From Catajapyx aquilonaris (Eukaryota), in assembly GCA_000934665.2 (NCBI GenBank), contig KZ538295.1, positions 124,001 through 188,000 on the forward strand: a stretch of DNA of 64,000 nt. The letters are read 5' to 3'. The notes under the pieces were generated by a model, which searched no databases, was not told where the DNA came from, and saw only the letters and a list, made by a program, of their open reading frames with translations. Shown here in pieces: positions 37,746 to 51,413 of this stretch. Every line of letters starts with the position of its first letter. The stretch's first letter is position 1. A program made the position numbers and the translations under genes.

Positions 37746-40700
37746 CTGTGAAAATAATTATTTACGATAAAGACCAGATGTCACTAACAATTTAAGCAAA
37801 CACTCACCGGCATCTGCGGTTGTCGTTTGATGCTGGACATCCCTCCAGGACTGAGTGACATATTGGCAAACACCATCCTCTCCTCATAGTCGTACTCACA
37901 CAAGATCTTATTGTCGCATAAGTAGAACCTGTCCCCTACGCAGAACCTACAACAAAAAAAATGACGTGACACTGTTTTAAAAGGTGTAAACCTGTCGAGT
38001 GAGAAAAACCCCCTCCCCTCCTCCACTTCTTGTCACGGACTCTTGATGTCCGAAAGCGCCTGTGGGGGGTGCACTCTCGAAAAATCAAGTGCACGCAAAA
38101 GAATCAAGACGCTTCCGGACCAAACTTGACGAGAAGGGGTTGGTTTGAATATGGAGGAAGGAAAGTCACGCGATATAAACACCGTTCCCTCTGTGGGCCT
38201 TTACTCGCTTTAAATGATTTTTGCTCTTGCAGGGAAAAAAAGGCTTTTTTCATAGTCAGCTTGGGAACCATGTAATACAACGACATGAACAGCGAGGGGA
38301 TATTTTTGCAAATTTTTTGCGGGGGGGGGGGCGTTACATGCTGGGTATATAGAGCCTAGTTGAATTTAATGGCTACTGCAAGTTTTTGGAATATGAAGTA
38401 ATGCGGAGGACTTTTTGGAGAATAGGTCCAGACATTTTGCGGTAGGTCAGGCAATTTAGGTCATGAAACACGGAGAGAACATGGGCAAGAAACAGGAAGA
38501 TCCCGAGAAATCCCACTCAAACGCACAGAGAACTCATAACTTTCATTATGAGAAAATATCACAATTTTTTAAAACTTCTCATTCTTTTCTGGAGCTCAAT
38601 TATGGCATGTAATATTTTGTGTCGCACTTGGCAAAGTACGGCACTGGTGACCCTATAGAGGAAGTACCGCTCGGAAAAGGAGGGGTGTGGTGCAAAAAGT
38701 AGGCTGTTTGGGGGTTGGTTTTATCGCCACCCCTGTGATTTATCCCGTCGCTGTAAATTCGTAGATAAAGCGAAAGCGCCGAGTTATGACTTTTACTTGC
38801 AACCGGAAGCATAACGCCTTTCATGATTCATACGTGATCGTATCGAAGGACCGCACGAAGCTTTTTTTCCCCTAGTGTCCCTAGCTATGTTGAGAGCATT
38901 TTTCTTTGCTCTCAAAAAAAGAGGGGGTTAAGAACAAAGAAAATTATAGCGCAACAATTTAAAGTTGCATTTCAGCAAACTTTTGAACCCCCCGAAAATC
39001 AAGGCAAGCAATCTAACAGACCTTTAAAACTCCGACAGGATTATGTAACTGACAAGTAGCGAGAACCGTGAATTATGGTTTGAATAAACCATTAATTGTC
39101 GAGGAAACTCAGTCACGCAATTCTCCACTCGAGATGTCGGAAGTCGGTTTATAAATCGAGGAAATGCTCCAATTTCGTTCGCGGGATTAGAAAAGAGGTC
39201 TCTGCATGAATAAGCAAGAAACTCCTTTAGATTTGGGGGAGGGGGGTCCGAAAAAAACTTGCTGTTGATCTCTTTCCAGTTCTAAGCGCCGTTTGCAATA
39301 ATTTGGATGGCGTTTCCAATTAGCAAGTCCCCTTGACGGACCACAGAAAACGGTTGAAGTGAGCAAAATCTTCATTTTCTCTGTCACGACTCGGAGTTTA
39401 GTCTGCGCAGAAAAGAGAACAAATCGCCTTTTCCACTTCGTACAGCTTGTACTAAACTGATGGAGAGTGATGGGGCTACTTATCTGCCGAGCTTGTGAAT
39501 TGCCGCCTTCTTAACCCCAATTATTCACATAAAATTTTTTTATACAGTATATACGAGGGTTGTCAATTTTGAAGGCGTCTCGCATTATATGGCAAGACTA
39601 CAACATCGTAAATCTCATACCAAACGAGACAGAACAGAAGTTGAGGATGGAAAAGGCCAAGTCTGGAAAAGTAACACTTGGTGATTTCAATCCTCGTAGC
39701 AAGCATGGAGAAGGGAAAGAGAGAAAAAAAATGTCCTATATATAGGCCGAGGGGAAAAGTATAGTGTGGAAGTTGGGGCTATCAAAGCTGGGAGAGAGAG
39801 AGAGAGCATTAGAATGAAATGGAAGTCCCATGTTCGGGACGGTGCAAATTGCTCAAATTCTCCAAAAGTGCATGGTACCCTTGTATATATTCCGGGTAGA
39901 GATTGATAGGTTCCAAATACATAGGGTGAAAGGGACTCATTTTTTGGGGGACACCCTGTATTTCTTTTTAAAAAACAACTCTTACAAGTTAGTGTAACAT
40001 GGCGCAATCAGCACTCTAGGAAGGTGAAGATTTTTCTGACAAGTTTGTCCGGAACATTTTTTGCGTGAAATATAACACCTCGAGGTTTTTCAAAGACGTG
40101 CTTCTTATTTTTAAATATTTGATCTTTTTTTTCTGAGGAATGAAAGCGATCGAAGCAATCTGATACCCCATGATTTACTTTCCTTCCGGCGTGAAAACCA
40201 TAAATTGGGAAGTGCCTGCATTGCAACTCTCTCCTGAAGAACCCTAGACAGATATACACTACATGGCTCTGGCATACCCTTGGGGAATCTCTCTTCTCCC
40301 CCCCTTCCTCTCACCCAAAAGCAGTATGCCGAGCGCAAAGGCAATCATGAAATTTACTTATTGATATGAATCTACATACTAACATCGTCCGATATTTGCG
40401 AGAAAAAGTTGGGGCGGGAGGAGAGTCTCGCCGGGGGCCAAAGACGTGCCCCGAAAAGTAAACACCAAAAGTCGGTACACCACCCTACGAAAAAGAAGAA
40501 GAAGAAAAAAATTTGAAGCTAAAACTTCTTCACTTCGACGTCCATTTCTCCTATTGGCCTTCTATCGCGTCACGTTTTGTCTTTCCATAAATATTTATGG
40601 ACACATTTTCTTTATCACTCTTCGGTATACATTAATAGGTTGTTTAATATTCCAAGATGCGTGGCAAACTACCTTCTTCGCCTTCTGCATAATATCGGAA

Positions 40701-43478
40701 CACCTACTCACACGGCCTTTCAAAAAAATTATTACTTCAGAAGCTGCCTTTGAATGTACCCTGCTGCACGAACAAATCTTTCTCCTAATAGGCTTATTCT
40801 CTCCGTCTGATGTTTGCCTGACCTGGTAGTATCTCGCATGATCTGAGGGGTGGCAGGAGTGTGCAGAGGGAGTATGCAGCATCTATGCGTGAAGAATAGT
40901 ACTATGTGGTAAATCGGCGGGTCATCTCATTGAAGTTGTTTGATTGCCACTGTTTTTGCCCAATTTTGGTGTTTTATTGACTTTGGTGTACTACATTTTG
41001 TTGACTTGAAGCATCACAGATTGCAGGACTGAATTTTTAGTTTTAGTTTTCACAATTTTCAGATGTGTCTTACACTGCTGTGGTGGGCTTTATCTTTACC
41101 ACAACGTAGCATTACGGATGGATATTGTTCTTCTTTTTTATTTGAACAACCCAGCGTAGAAAGTAACAACTAATCACGCTCCTAGCTGGCTCCTTCTATA
41201 AATCTGGAATCACAATGATGTGTGTACAGGTAATAAAAGACAATGGCACATAAAACGGGCGTGGAGCGCTCGGCAGCTTACGAGATGGGCATGCACACGT
41301 CCCTTCGTAATTATGTGACTAATGAAAAGTATGTGTGGTTCAAATCACACGGCTCAGTTAATCATGGCGGGAAAACGAGTCACAGCGTAATAACGGTGGA
41401 ATGAGGGGGCTCTAGAGTAGTTTTGCCACGGCCCATTCTAATAGTAACAATAACTGGGGTAGTGGCATTTTGCGGGAAGGCAGGTCTCACTCCGCCCAAC
41501 CTATTTTTGGAATGCATGAAACTAAATTAAATTGCTCTCTCTTTTTTTTTAAAAAAAATCTTTTTATGGTGCTACCTGTAGTTGGATTGGTTTCCTGCCC
41601 AATTTCAGTGGTGTGTTGTTCTACAACCTATACACTTAAAAATATCAACTGACTCAATCTTTTTGCGTCAATTTGAGTTTAAAAAATCAAAATCGATGAA
41701 AGTAAAGTGCTGTTAGTGCAAATGTAGGTGTGAAAGCCGCATTCAGAATGAATCTAGTGAGTTCGAATTTCACGATGCATCAGTCGACTGTCGTTCACTA
41801 GTTTATTGAGTGAGTAATTACTGGTAACAAGCTGTCTGGCCCCCGCGAAGAGAAAGTGTCTTACGTTACAACCGGCTACACATAACAGTGAATTAGTTTC
41901 AACGCTCTCTGGCAATGTGTCCGGCAAAAACAGTGACGAGTGAGTTAACCCCACGATTCTGTCAGTCGAACCCATCAAGTTTTGTTTGTAACGTCCATCA
42001 TAATGTTACGAAAAATGCCTATCATGCCCACCAGAGTTTAGCACACTCCCACACACCAAAATTGTGAGGTTTTCGTAGGCACAGGATTAAAGCCCATCTC
42101 CGTAGAGATTTGGACAGCATGGATGAGCCTGAGGCCACCAGAGATGGTCCTTGGTAACGGTAGCCTCCGCATTAAAAAAAAAAATCGGTTATGGTATCAC
42201 TACGAGAGGGAGCTCTGTAAAAAAAAAATATAACTCTAGGTCCCCATTGGAGGGGAAAAACGGAAGGCAAGTCCCCGAGCAGGACGCAGCGGGCACGTTT
42301 GAAAAGTTGTTCGTTCCGGGCAAGGCTCAAGCAGAGATGATGGGGGGGTCCGAACTGGCCCCCCTTTGCTCAAAGGGCCGCACTGCAAATGGACAATCGT
42401 TCCCACGAGTGGCGTCCCTAATGAAAGCCGGATATGTCGGGCCCGTGGCGCCAGTTCAGAGGTAATAACGAAATTGTTACGCCAGCATCGGATAAAAGCA
42501 GCTGGGGGTATATCCAGGGACACCATAGGTATATGGTCAAGTATGGTTACAAACCTGTGGTTGCACTGTTGACAGGCGAAGCATTCTAGATGGTACACAT
42601 TGTTTCTGGCTCTCATCACCATCTCGAACGCAGGGATTACTTTAGAGCAGGCTGCGCAGTAACCGGTAGTGCCAAACAGCCTAAAAATAACAATGACTTT
42701 TATCAGAACCAACACTCACTTTTACCATGTTGGTGCACCTGCTTTCCAGAAGCACCAGTCGTGACAGATTGCGGTCTAGGGTCTCAGGCCATGTCGCCTA
42801 TATTTTAGCCTCTTTTTTGAAACATGGTCTAGACAGCAGCTTCTTGGATAAAATGCCTACCTCAGGTAGTCTCTCCTGCAGAGGATGAGGTTGGCTTTGG
42901 TGTAAAGGGTTGATCCGACTTCTCCGAGGCGACAGTCGCAGCATCCGCACTTCAGACAGTCTTCGTGCCAGTACAGGTCCAGAGCCTTCAATAAGTACCT
43001 ATCAGGAAGTCGTTTCGATTATGAGGGGGACATTGGAGTCTGGACTCTTGGAGGCTTAACGACCCTGTTGAGTCTGAGAAATTAGTGGGCCATAATTGTC
43101 CATTTGTGAAGGCTACATTGTACCAAAATCGAATCGCATACTACGTAGGCTATAGATGAATTTTTTACGAGCTCAACCGAGTGCGCAACACAGTTCGCTC
43201 AAATTGTTTCCAGCGTGAAGAGGTAACAATATGGGCGACTTTTGCGATGTTGCCTGGGCACAACGGTGTTGACGGAACGTGCTCGAGTGTGGGTGCGCAC
43301 TCGGTTGCGCTCGTAAAAGATTTCATCTACGTTGTAACATGTGATGCCAAAAAGCATTACGAATAACTTGAGAGGGAATAAAACGCGTGCTTTACCTTTC
43401 GTTAATTTTTTTACCACATCCGGCACAGTCCTGTGGCAGGGTGTTCTTCTGCGTCTCTGGCTTTACGTCCATCATCAT
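37656..43478 (-). CDS. LMO: LIM-domain-only protein, paralog B (LMO1/LMO3/rhombotin, Beadex-like); 5 coding exons, 191 aa
   Basis: Exons 43478-43396, 42998-42861, 42680-42555, 37946-37808 and 37745-37656 join through GT..AG introns (phases 2,2,2,0) into a 576-nt ORF. Same exon boundaries as paralog A; exons 2 and 3 have identical lengths (138 and 126 nt). Confidence 0.93.
37808..37946 (-). CDS. LMO: LMO paralog B coding exon 4
   Basis: Encodes [46 protein letters not shown]. Acceptor ttttttgttgtag, donor GTGAGT. Confidence 0.96.
40773..40970. repeat. Dispersed ~190-bp repeat, copy in intron 3 of paralog B
   Basis: Same + orientation as 2011-2200, with shared blocks along its whole length. 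Confidence 0.85.
42555..42680 (-). CDS. LMO: LMO paralog B coding exon 3
   Basis: Translation identical to paralog A exon 3. Acceptor ttatttttag, donor GTTTGT. Confidence 0.97.
42861..42998 (-). CDS. LMO: LMO paralog B coding exon 2
   Basis: Translation identical to paralog A exon 2. AG acceptor at 43000-42999, donor GTAGGC. Confidence 0.97.
43153..43329. mobile_element. MITE in intron 1 of paralog B
   Basis: TAGATGAATTTTTTACGAGCTCAACCGAGTGCGCA ... TGCGCACTCGGTTGCGCTCGTAAAAGATTTCATCTA. Confidence 0.85.
43396..43478 (-). CDS. LMO: LMO paralog B coding exon 1 ([28 protein letters not shown])
   Basis: Acceptor tctctcattgcag (AG at 43486-43485) lies 6 nt before the ATG. Donor GTAAAG at 43395. 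Aligns with paralog A exon 1 ([16 protein letters not shown]). Confidence 0.92.
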
Positions 43479-46400
43479 GTCGACCTGCAATGAGAGACGA
43501 TTCAAATTACATGAGGAGCAATGAAGCCTAAATCATCTCAATGTACAAGCAAAATGTCAACTTTATCTGTGAAAAAAAATCTCTTTTTTTCCAGCATGAG
43601 TTTGAAGAGAGAGAGACGGAGGCAAGTACATCAGAGTGGAATCGGTATGTAATGGCTAATAATGGCGGAGGACTTTCCCCCATTTATCCCAGCCCTTGTT
43701 ACTTCTTCACTTGCTCCCCGCTCGCATGCAGGCCAATAAAATCCAACTTTATCGGCTTCCTGCGGAAACGTGGAAAAGGCGGGATTACTTTTACGTAGCT
43801 GATAATCCCGGCTCTCTGTCGTCGAAGAGTCGGACCAGATTGAAAAGTCAGCTTGCGTAATGGAGTCTGGTGTGTGTATATAGTTCTGATGGTTTGATAC
43901 ACACAGAACAAGCTAATAGGAAAGTCGTGGTTTTGGCTTCTGAGGGAACTAAGACCATTTGGGAATATTTTGAAACAATTTTCTCATGCAACTAGTAGCG
44001 AACTCGTTGTCAAAATTTGGCAACACTGCTTGCCCCCCCAGTACTACATGCACGTTGGTGATGAGTCACCACGTGGACAAAGCCCACCGGTATGTGCCTC
44101 GCCTTCATCTCTGACCACTATATGGCCCATTCATTGTTGAACGAGGAAAGTGAAATCTATGGTAACTACTAGGGAGTCAACACGGACAAACTTGTGGACA
44201 GAGAGAATAAGCAGATGATAGTACTTTTGATATTAAACGTAACATAAATGAAGGTTTTTCATCACAGCGTTGCCAGACATCTTGGAAGTGCTGAAATAAT
44301 TGCAGTTCTCGTCTCATTGCATGCAATAATCTCCGATTCTCGCACCGCTGCACTGCTTCGGAAGCAGAAATAAAAGAGATAAAACATCCTTGGCGGCCAT
44401 AGGTGTCCTTCCCCCTCCCCTCCCAACCGAAAGTCAGTCTCGGGAACAGAAATGTGTAATCCTATCGACTATCTTTTGCTCCATTAGCAGTTAGGGTGAG
44501 AGCGGATAGGCCTTTGGGGAGAGCGGAGAGAAGGCCGAGGACCGAAATTTCATCTCTCATGCTGATATTGCCGCCATTATCTACCCATGGTAATACCAGA
44601 GAGATTATAGACCGTGGTAATAACATCCGTAGGTCTATAGTCCCGAGGCTAATGTTGTATTAGGGATGGAGTCTGCGGCGAATTTTGCTAAGGTTTTAGT
44701 CTTCCTTTTTTTTTTGCAACTTTTCCTGTGGCTGGAACCGCATCTCCCCGACGCTCTCTGGATTACATATTCCGCGCTATTACTTTCAATACAATGTTAT
44801 CAGCGCCTGGGCGGTATTTTCAGCAGGGGAGGGGGGTATTTGGGAAATAGACTATCAGGAGGGAAACCTTTGATGCGCGCCTCAGTTCCAAAGTGAATGG
44901 CACGTTTCATAATCGTAATAGCCATTTGGAGGAATATTCAATAAACGACTGCCAATCGTGTCCATTACGTAACGGTATTCCATCAAGATTTTATCTCACC
45001 TTGGGCTCACGGGAGGAGAAGGGAATTTTGGGCCTTACGGCGCCTGCCAAATCAGCAATGCCGCCGAGTCTTCATTGACTTACACAAAGCCGCAAATCAA
45101 TAAAGCTCCAACGCCGAGTCGAGTCGTTTTCTTTAAGTCTCGGATCGCTTTCATAGGCTGGGGGAAATAACGCCCATCTATTTCGCCCGATAAAATCATA
45201 ATTGAGCCGACGTGACAGAGGATTTGCAGCCAGACTCTGCTTGCCTTTGTGGTCGAGAAATGAAGTCCCCCCTCCCCACCCCAGGAGGTGGGTATAGAAT
45301 ATGATATAAAAAAATATCCAATCTGCTACCTCCTTATGCTTTTTTTTACTCCGACCCATACACACACATACACACACAACGTTATTATGTACCCTCAACT
45401 GTAAATTAATTTTTAGCTGCAGGCAGTGTGCAAACACAAGTTCAGGTCAGTTTGTGCGGCTTGTGGTGGGCACTTTGCGGCTTCAAGCCATTTTATATTA
45501 CCACCAAATGGCCTGCGTCCTTTCCACCTAATCAGGCAAGAAAAGTTGAGTAAAACCCCTGCCTGGTTTGTTGGAGGGTATAGGCAAGGGGGGGTTAGCA
45601 AGTACACTTGTTCGGTTGAAACGCCTCTGGGTATAGAGCCAGAGTTTGCAGCCTGCCTGTGTTGAGTAGGTATCGGATTTTGTCGGAAGGAAACTTTTTT
45701 TGTTGTTGTTGTTGCTCCAACCCTGCTGGTGACCGATGGTGCAAATGAATTGGAAGATAATAACCAATTTCCAGGCCTCTATATATACACCCGAGGCAGC
45801 AAGGAAAGCGACTGCTCTTGCGCGGCAATTGATTTGTGAAGGGGCGCTGATTTCCTATTGCCCCATGCCATCGCTATCAAGGCAAACGCTTCCCTAATGA
45901 CTAATCAATGAGGGCAGGCGTAAGGAGCGATCATTAAGACGGGGACAAGTTATTCCCCAAACTTGCCTGGAAACGTTCCCAATCAGCTAGCGGAGGCCAT
46001 TATGCGGAACCTGCCAATGTTGGGTTGGAGGAATGGAGGAGAAGGAAAAAAAAGTGAGTTAACCATTCCAATATTTTTTGCTAAATTGTTTATGAATTTT
46101 ATTGGTACCAGCAAAAGTACTAAAATAATTCCCATATTCAAATTGCTAATTAATTTTTTCCGATATTATTGAAAGATTCCTCTGAATGATGCCTGCCTAT
46201 TGTGCTCTTCATATCAGTAGGAAATGAAACACTGATGATCCACAGCTTCTGAATTAAACTGCTCCAAATTCATAAGCACATAATACCCACCTGACAATGG
46301 TTAAATATCCCAACAAAAAAATTGAGGTTTAGAATTCGACTTTTTTCCAGTTATAAAACCTTCATTCCCCCCTCCCCCATCATTATTGCATCTCGCCTTT

Positions 46401-49400
46401 CACCTGAAATGCGACGCCCAATTGGCAGTCCCCCGATTTATATTTGAAAAACCCCCACACCAGGCCCTCCGGATATCCGCTAAAAAACCTGCCGACATTG
46501 TCGATTGGCGCTGGGATTATCCTGACAGATAGTTTACCATCACACCCAGGCTATGGAAAGTGGGTGGGGGGTTGGGGATGTTTTTTTTTTGGGGGGGGGG
46601 GGGTTTGCATCAAACAGCGGCAAGAGCTTCAAATTCCAGAGAACAATCTCCACCACAAGCGTGTAAATGTATACTAATTAGTAACGGGAAACACGATATT
46701 TTGCATGGAGAGAGGGGGTTTGAAAAGGGGTGCTCTAGGGGGGGACAAAAAACCCCCGATAATTTTCCAATATAGTGTAATCGATGCACCTTCGATCTTG
46801 CCCCCTCCAAAAGCAGGCCTTATTCTGCCATGCCTTATTCAGAGGATCAGCACCAAAGTGATCACATAGAGTCAATTTCATTCAAGGTAATACGATCAGA
46901 TGAAATTCATGAAGGATGACCAGTTAGAAAAAAATGATATTAAATTACTATCTATTATGTGAAACAATTGATCCAAACAATTCATTTCCGAAAAAAAAAG
47001 AAACTCAATCCTTCTTCTCGAGTTAACCTGTGGTCAGCTAACAATAGTGACTTAATTCCATCATGCAACATTTTTTTTGCCTTCTTCTCTCTTCCTCCGT
47101 CATCCGGCCAATTTAGTGTATATTATCTGCCATTCTGGCGAGATATATTGCTTCATTTCCGGGCCCTATTGAGAGCCCCTGATGAGGTCTGGGGGGGCCT
47201 CTTCATCTGCGATCGCGAGCGGGGATCTCCCACTTTTCAGCTGACATCGTCAAGATATTGGATGTATTTATGCATTAATTTCCTCCTCTATTCATCGCGC
47301 ATAATGAAATTATGATTTGGCGAGCGAGACGGCGCACCCTCAGACATGGCGAAAACGAGGGAAGGAGAGGGGTGAAAGTAGGAGGGGGTAGGTTATATAT
47401 ATAGGAGAGATGGTAGTGGTGAGAGGGGTGAAAAGGCATTGTTGGGGGGACCCAGAGTGAAAGCGCTGGTGGCCAGTGATTTATGGAGCGAACGAATGTG
47501 TTCTGCTGATAAGATAGTAACTCTCCGGTATTTTTTTTTTTAAACTGTTCAAATGTTAATAATTACCTCTGACAAGTTCAGGGCACTATACTATCCACAG
47601 ACTAACTTCAAAAAAAAGGCATGTCCTAAATAATATGCAATAATGAGTTAACCCACATGAGACCAGTTTTGTGAAAAAGGCCTTTGAATATCATATGTGA
47701 AATTAATTCAGTGTTATTGTCGGTCATTTATGCATTTCACAAGCTTGATTTTTGTGGATTGACACATTATTGCGTAACACCGTCCAAATATTGCGACCTC
47801 TGTGGTTAAGCAATACACTGTAAGGGTTCAAAATAGGATTTCTTATGGACCGCACTGTACCCACCATTCCCTGAGGGATCTGATTGGTGAATTAGAGGCC
47901 CCCCACCCTCAGCTCCACCAATCAGATCGCTTCGGGTGTCTGAAGGGGACAGAGGTCGCGGCCTACTTTTTGAGAAGTTACGCTGTGGGTACTGTAATCA
48001 CAAATTCATGCCGAAATTTTCAGGAGTTAATATTATTATTATTGAAGGTTTCGTTCCAAGTGTCGTAGGTTATGTTTAAAATGTTTTACATCAAATGTGT
48101 CCCATTTTCAGGCCTCCGTCGAAACAAGATTGGAGATTTTCTCTTTTAGCCCCTTCCCCGCCCTCCCCCCCCAAAAAAAATCCCAAGAGAAAACCCGCAA
48201 AATTTTGCAAAGCCCCGCGTGCTTTGATCCCAGGTAATGCGATTCCCCAGGCCCAAGGTACATATCTTGATCCATCGTTTTACAGAGTTAGCATACCAGT
48301 TATCGAGTTTGGGGTGTGTGTTGCGTGGGGGGGGGGGTCTTATTCCGCAGAGACCCCTTAGTAGAGGCAATTAAAACGGCATCTTTGGCTGCGGAAATCG
48401 GGTCGAGGCGGCGGCCACAAATCACGGCCCTCGTTGCTTTTCCAACCCCCCCACAAACCCCCGAAGATAACGCAAATGGAAGTCTTATTCCTCATTGCGG
48501 TTCATGCGGCTAATCTATCCCATTAATCGGGAGAGATCAACGTGCTTGTGATATATCCCAACTCTCCCTGCTTTACTCACATAGGCTCAATGGACACGTC
48601 ATGCTTNGGGGTCAGATCGATCCTAAGTTTTATATGGGGTATTCCTTGCAGGCAGATTTGCTAGATTACATGAGGTGTGTACGGTGGGGACAATTGTTAT
48701 CAAGGGTATATGACTGTGATTTGCACCACAATGGACCAGATTTGCACGGTAATTTTTCCGAGGGCACTGTTTTGTCACCAGTTGTAATAAATAAATGGAG
48801 CTGTTACTTTTAACTAATATGAGAGGGCTGTAAATAAGCACATTGGTTCAGTGTATAAAAGCACAAAAAATGAATCATAATTAACACTGAGTTGAATGGT
48901 GTTATGCAATATTGTGTCAACCCACAAAAATGTAAGCCCCGGAACATATACCCAAAGGATCGTACGTAATTCAGTTAAAATTAAGCTGGAGAAATCTGCA
49001 TACTTCTGCCATAATTATCGAAAAGGACACCCTGAATTTCACAAGTGTAGACCTTTTTTTCTATATAAACTGTCCTCATGTGGGTTGGCTCATTATTGCA
49101 TAACACCGTCCAATTGTTAATATCTCCTAACGAAGAAAGAAACAAATTAGACTTGACAGACTTCAAGAGTGACGGATTACCAAAATCTGATACCGTAGAT
49201 TGGAGTCGGATATTGAAGGATTCATAGCTAGATTGAAATATAAAATAAAAAAATTAATCATCTCCCCCTTCTTCCCCTGAGCAACTCGAGAATAGAAAAT
49301 GATGCAACCGATAATTCCTTCCTAAAATCGCGCATTTGATAATCAATCAGACAGGACTTTTTTTTTTTCGTCTATTCAGTAAACTCAGTTGTCCTCACTC

Positions 49401-50626
49401 ACCCGTTATCGCAGATAATCTCCTCATTCAATTCTAATTTCCGGGCCGGATTTTTCTCCCTACCCCCCCTCCTCCTCCTTCCCCCTACTCTTCCTTACAA
49501 AGCTTAAAAAACACCCCGGAATCAATACGCAAGAAAATGAATGTGTCCTTGGCAGACACATCATCATCTGCCATTTAATTAATTTTCGCAATGTTTCTTC
49601 AGCTCCAATAAGAATCATAAGAACATAAGTACATTATGTAAAAAAAAAGGAGGGGTGCTGCGAGTAATTACAACTTTGATTGGTGGAGCCGCCAGTAAAT
49701 CCCACGCACTCATTTTGAAGGAAAAGGGGAGGATTGCAATTAAAGAAGTGAGTCATCATTTCCAGGAAAAGGGAGGAAGGGATGGGGGGTGGGAAGGGGG
49801 GGCTAGACTTGATTGGACGAATCACGCTAACGAAGGGAAAACTAGCATAGTTCAGTGTGTGCACTGGCGCATTCTTGGCACAATTGAAACCTGGGAGCTG
49901 TAATTTGGTCCCATATTACCCGGCCGTGCGGTTGAAGGGCCAGTTGACACCGAGCTGGGATTGATTGGATGAAGCCAAGTCGAGTGGTTTGGGGGGGCCC
50001 CCTCTAATAGGAATCGATTTGTGGTGCTGGGGGGGGGGCTGAAACTATAGTTTCCTTAACCCCCGCGAGTGATTTTACGCATCGGGTAAGTAATGTTTGT
50101 GGGTCGAAACCGGCGTCACACCTTCACACGCATTGGGACATGATCGTGCAGGAAATGGCCATCAATACGTCGCGTTATTCTCAGAGGATATGAAATTAAA
50201 ATATTTATTCCGATAATTACGGAATTATTGCTAACTAGAGTGTACACAGTGCCAAAACTTGGCAACACTGCCGGGTCAGCTCCCGATTTCGTATGATATG
50301 CCACTAACAGATGGCGCGCATCCTTCCTCTCTGCACACTACTGCCGCTCCGGGGAAAGTTGTACTACATGCACGTTGGTGATGAGTCGCCTGTTGATTGT
50401 TGCCCAATATTATTGCCCCCTACGCAGCAGAGCACCCAGAGAGCAACAGGCACTGCCAAAAAATCTGTGGACCAGAGTCCGGTTGGGTTGAAAGCTAAGC
50501 AGGATGTCAGCTTAACGAAATGAACCCGTTCAAGATGATTCCAACAAATGGCTTCTCCAATCGAGAGCCATCCCAAATTACTTTTCCCCGAAGGGCAAGG
50601 GATGTGGAGGGGAGGAGGGGGGGGGG

Positions 50627-50772
50627 NNNNNNNNNNNNNNNNNNNNNNNNNNNNNNNNNNNNNNNNNNNNNNNNNNNNNNNNNNNNNNNNNNNNNNNNNN
50701 NNNNNNNNNNNNNNNNNNNNNNNNNNNNNNNNNNNNNNNNNNNNNNNNNNNNNNNNNNNNNNNNNNNNNNNN
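50627..50772. other. Assembly gap (146 N) inside a poly-G tract
   Basis: Run of N flanked by G-runs on both sides. Confidence 0.99.
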
Positions 50773-51183
50773 GGGGGGGGGTGGTGGGGGGGGGAGGAGA
50801 GGAGAGGGGGGGGGGGGGGGAGGGTTTGAACCTAGGAAGAAAAAAAAAAGAAGAAATGGTGGGTGACTGCACGGGTTGACCACAACCATTTGGCCTGGTT
50901 AGTTAGCCCTCCCTCAGTTAGGACATCTGGAGACACAAAGACAAGAGAGAGCGACTCGCCTTGGGCCAATCATGGAATTGTCTCCATCCCACTTACCACA
51001 CTCGGATTGAGTCGTTGCGGGCTCGTCCACGTGTCGTGCCGGGAGCTCTAAAGACTGGAAAGTAAATATTTCGAGTCTGAAATGGCCTGACCTAACACGT
51101 CTGGAAAGTTTCCGTGACACACGCGAAAAGTTGACAAAAAAAAATGTGGACACTGACCTTGCATGAAACTAAGGACACTGTAA

Positions 51184-51413
51184 AGGCCCATTTACACGAT
51201 GACGGCCTAACGAAACGGTCAGCCAATCAGAATTCTCCATTTTGCTACACAGTAGCAGCGGAGAGGATTCTGCGATTGGCTGACTGTTCCTACATCTGGA
51301 ACGGAACGGTCAGCCAATCAGAAATGCTCCATTTTGCTAGACAGTAGCAGCGGAGAGCATTCTGATTGGCTGATCATTCCTATTTCAGTTAGGACCGTCG
51401 TGTAAACGGGCCT
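51184..51413. mobile_element. PIF/Harbinger-type (Tourist-like) MITE with TAA TSD and internally duplicated hairpin
   Basis: TAA|AGGCCCATTTACACGA ... TCGTGTAAACGGGCCT|TAA. Two tandem internal CAGCCAATCAGAA..TTCTGATTGGCTGA hairpins. Confidence 0.85.

Noticed and set aside
1602..43478. The two LMO copies as an uncollapsed-haplotype artefact
   Set aside because: Exon 4 synonymous sites are near saturation, the termini differ, and intron lengths differ greatly (e.g. intron 3 is 572 vs 4608 bp). This far exceeds allelic divergence.
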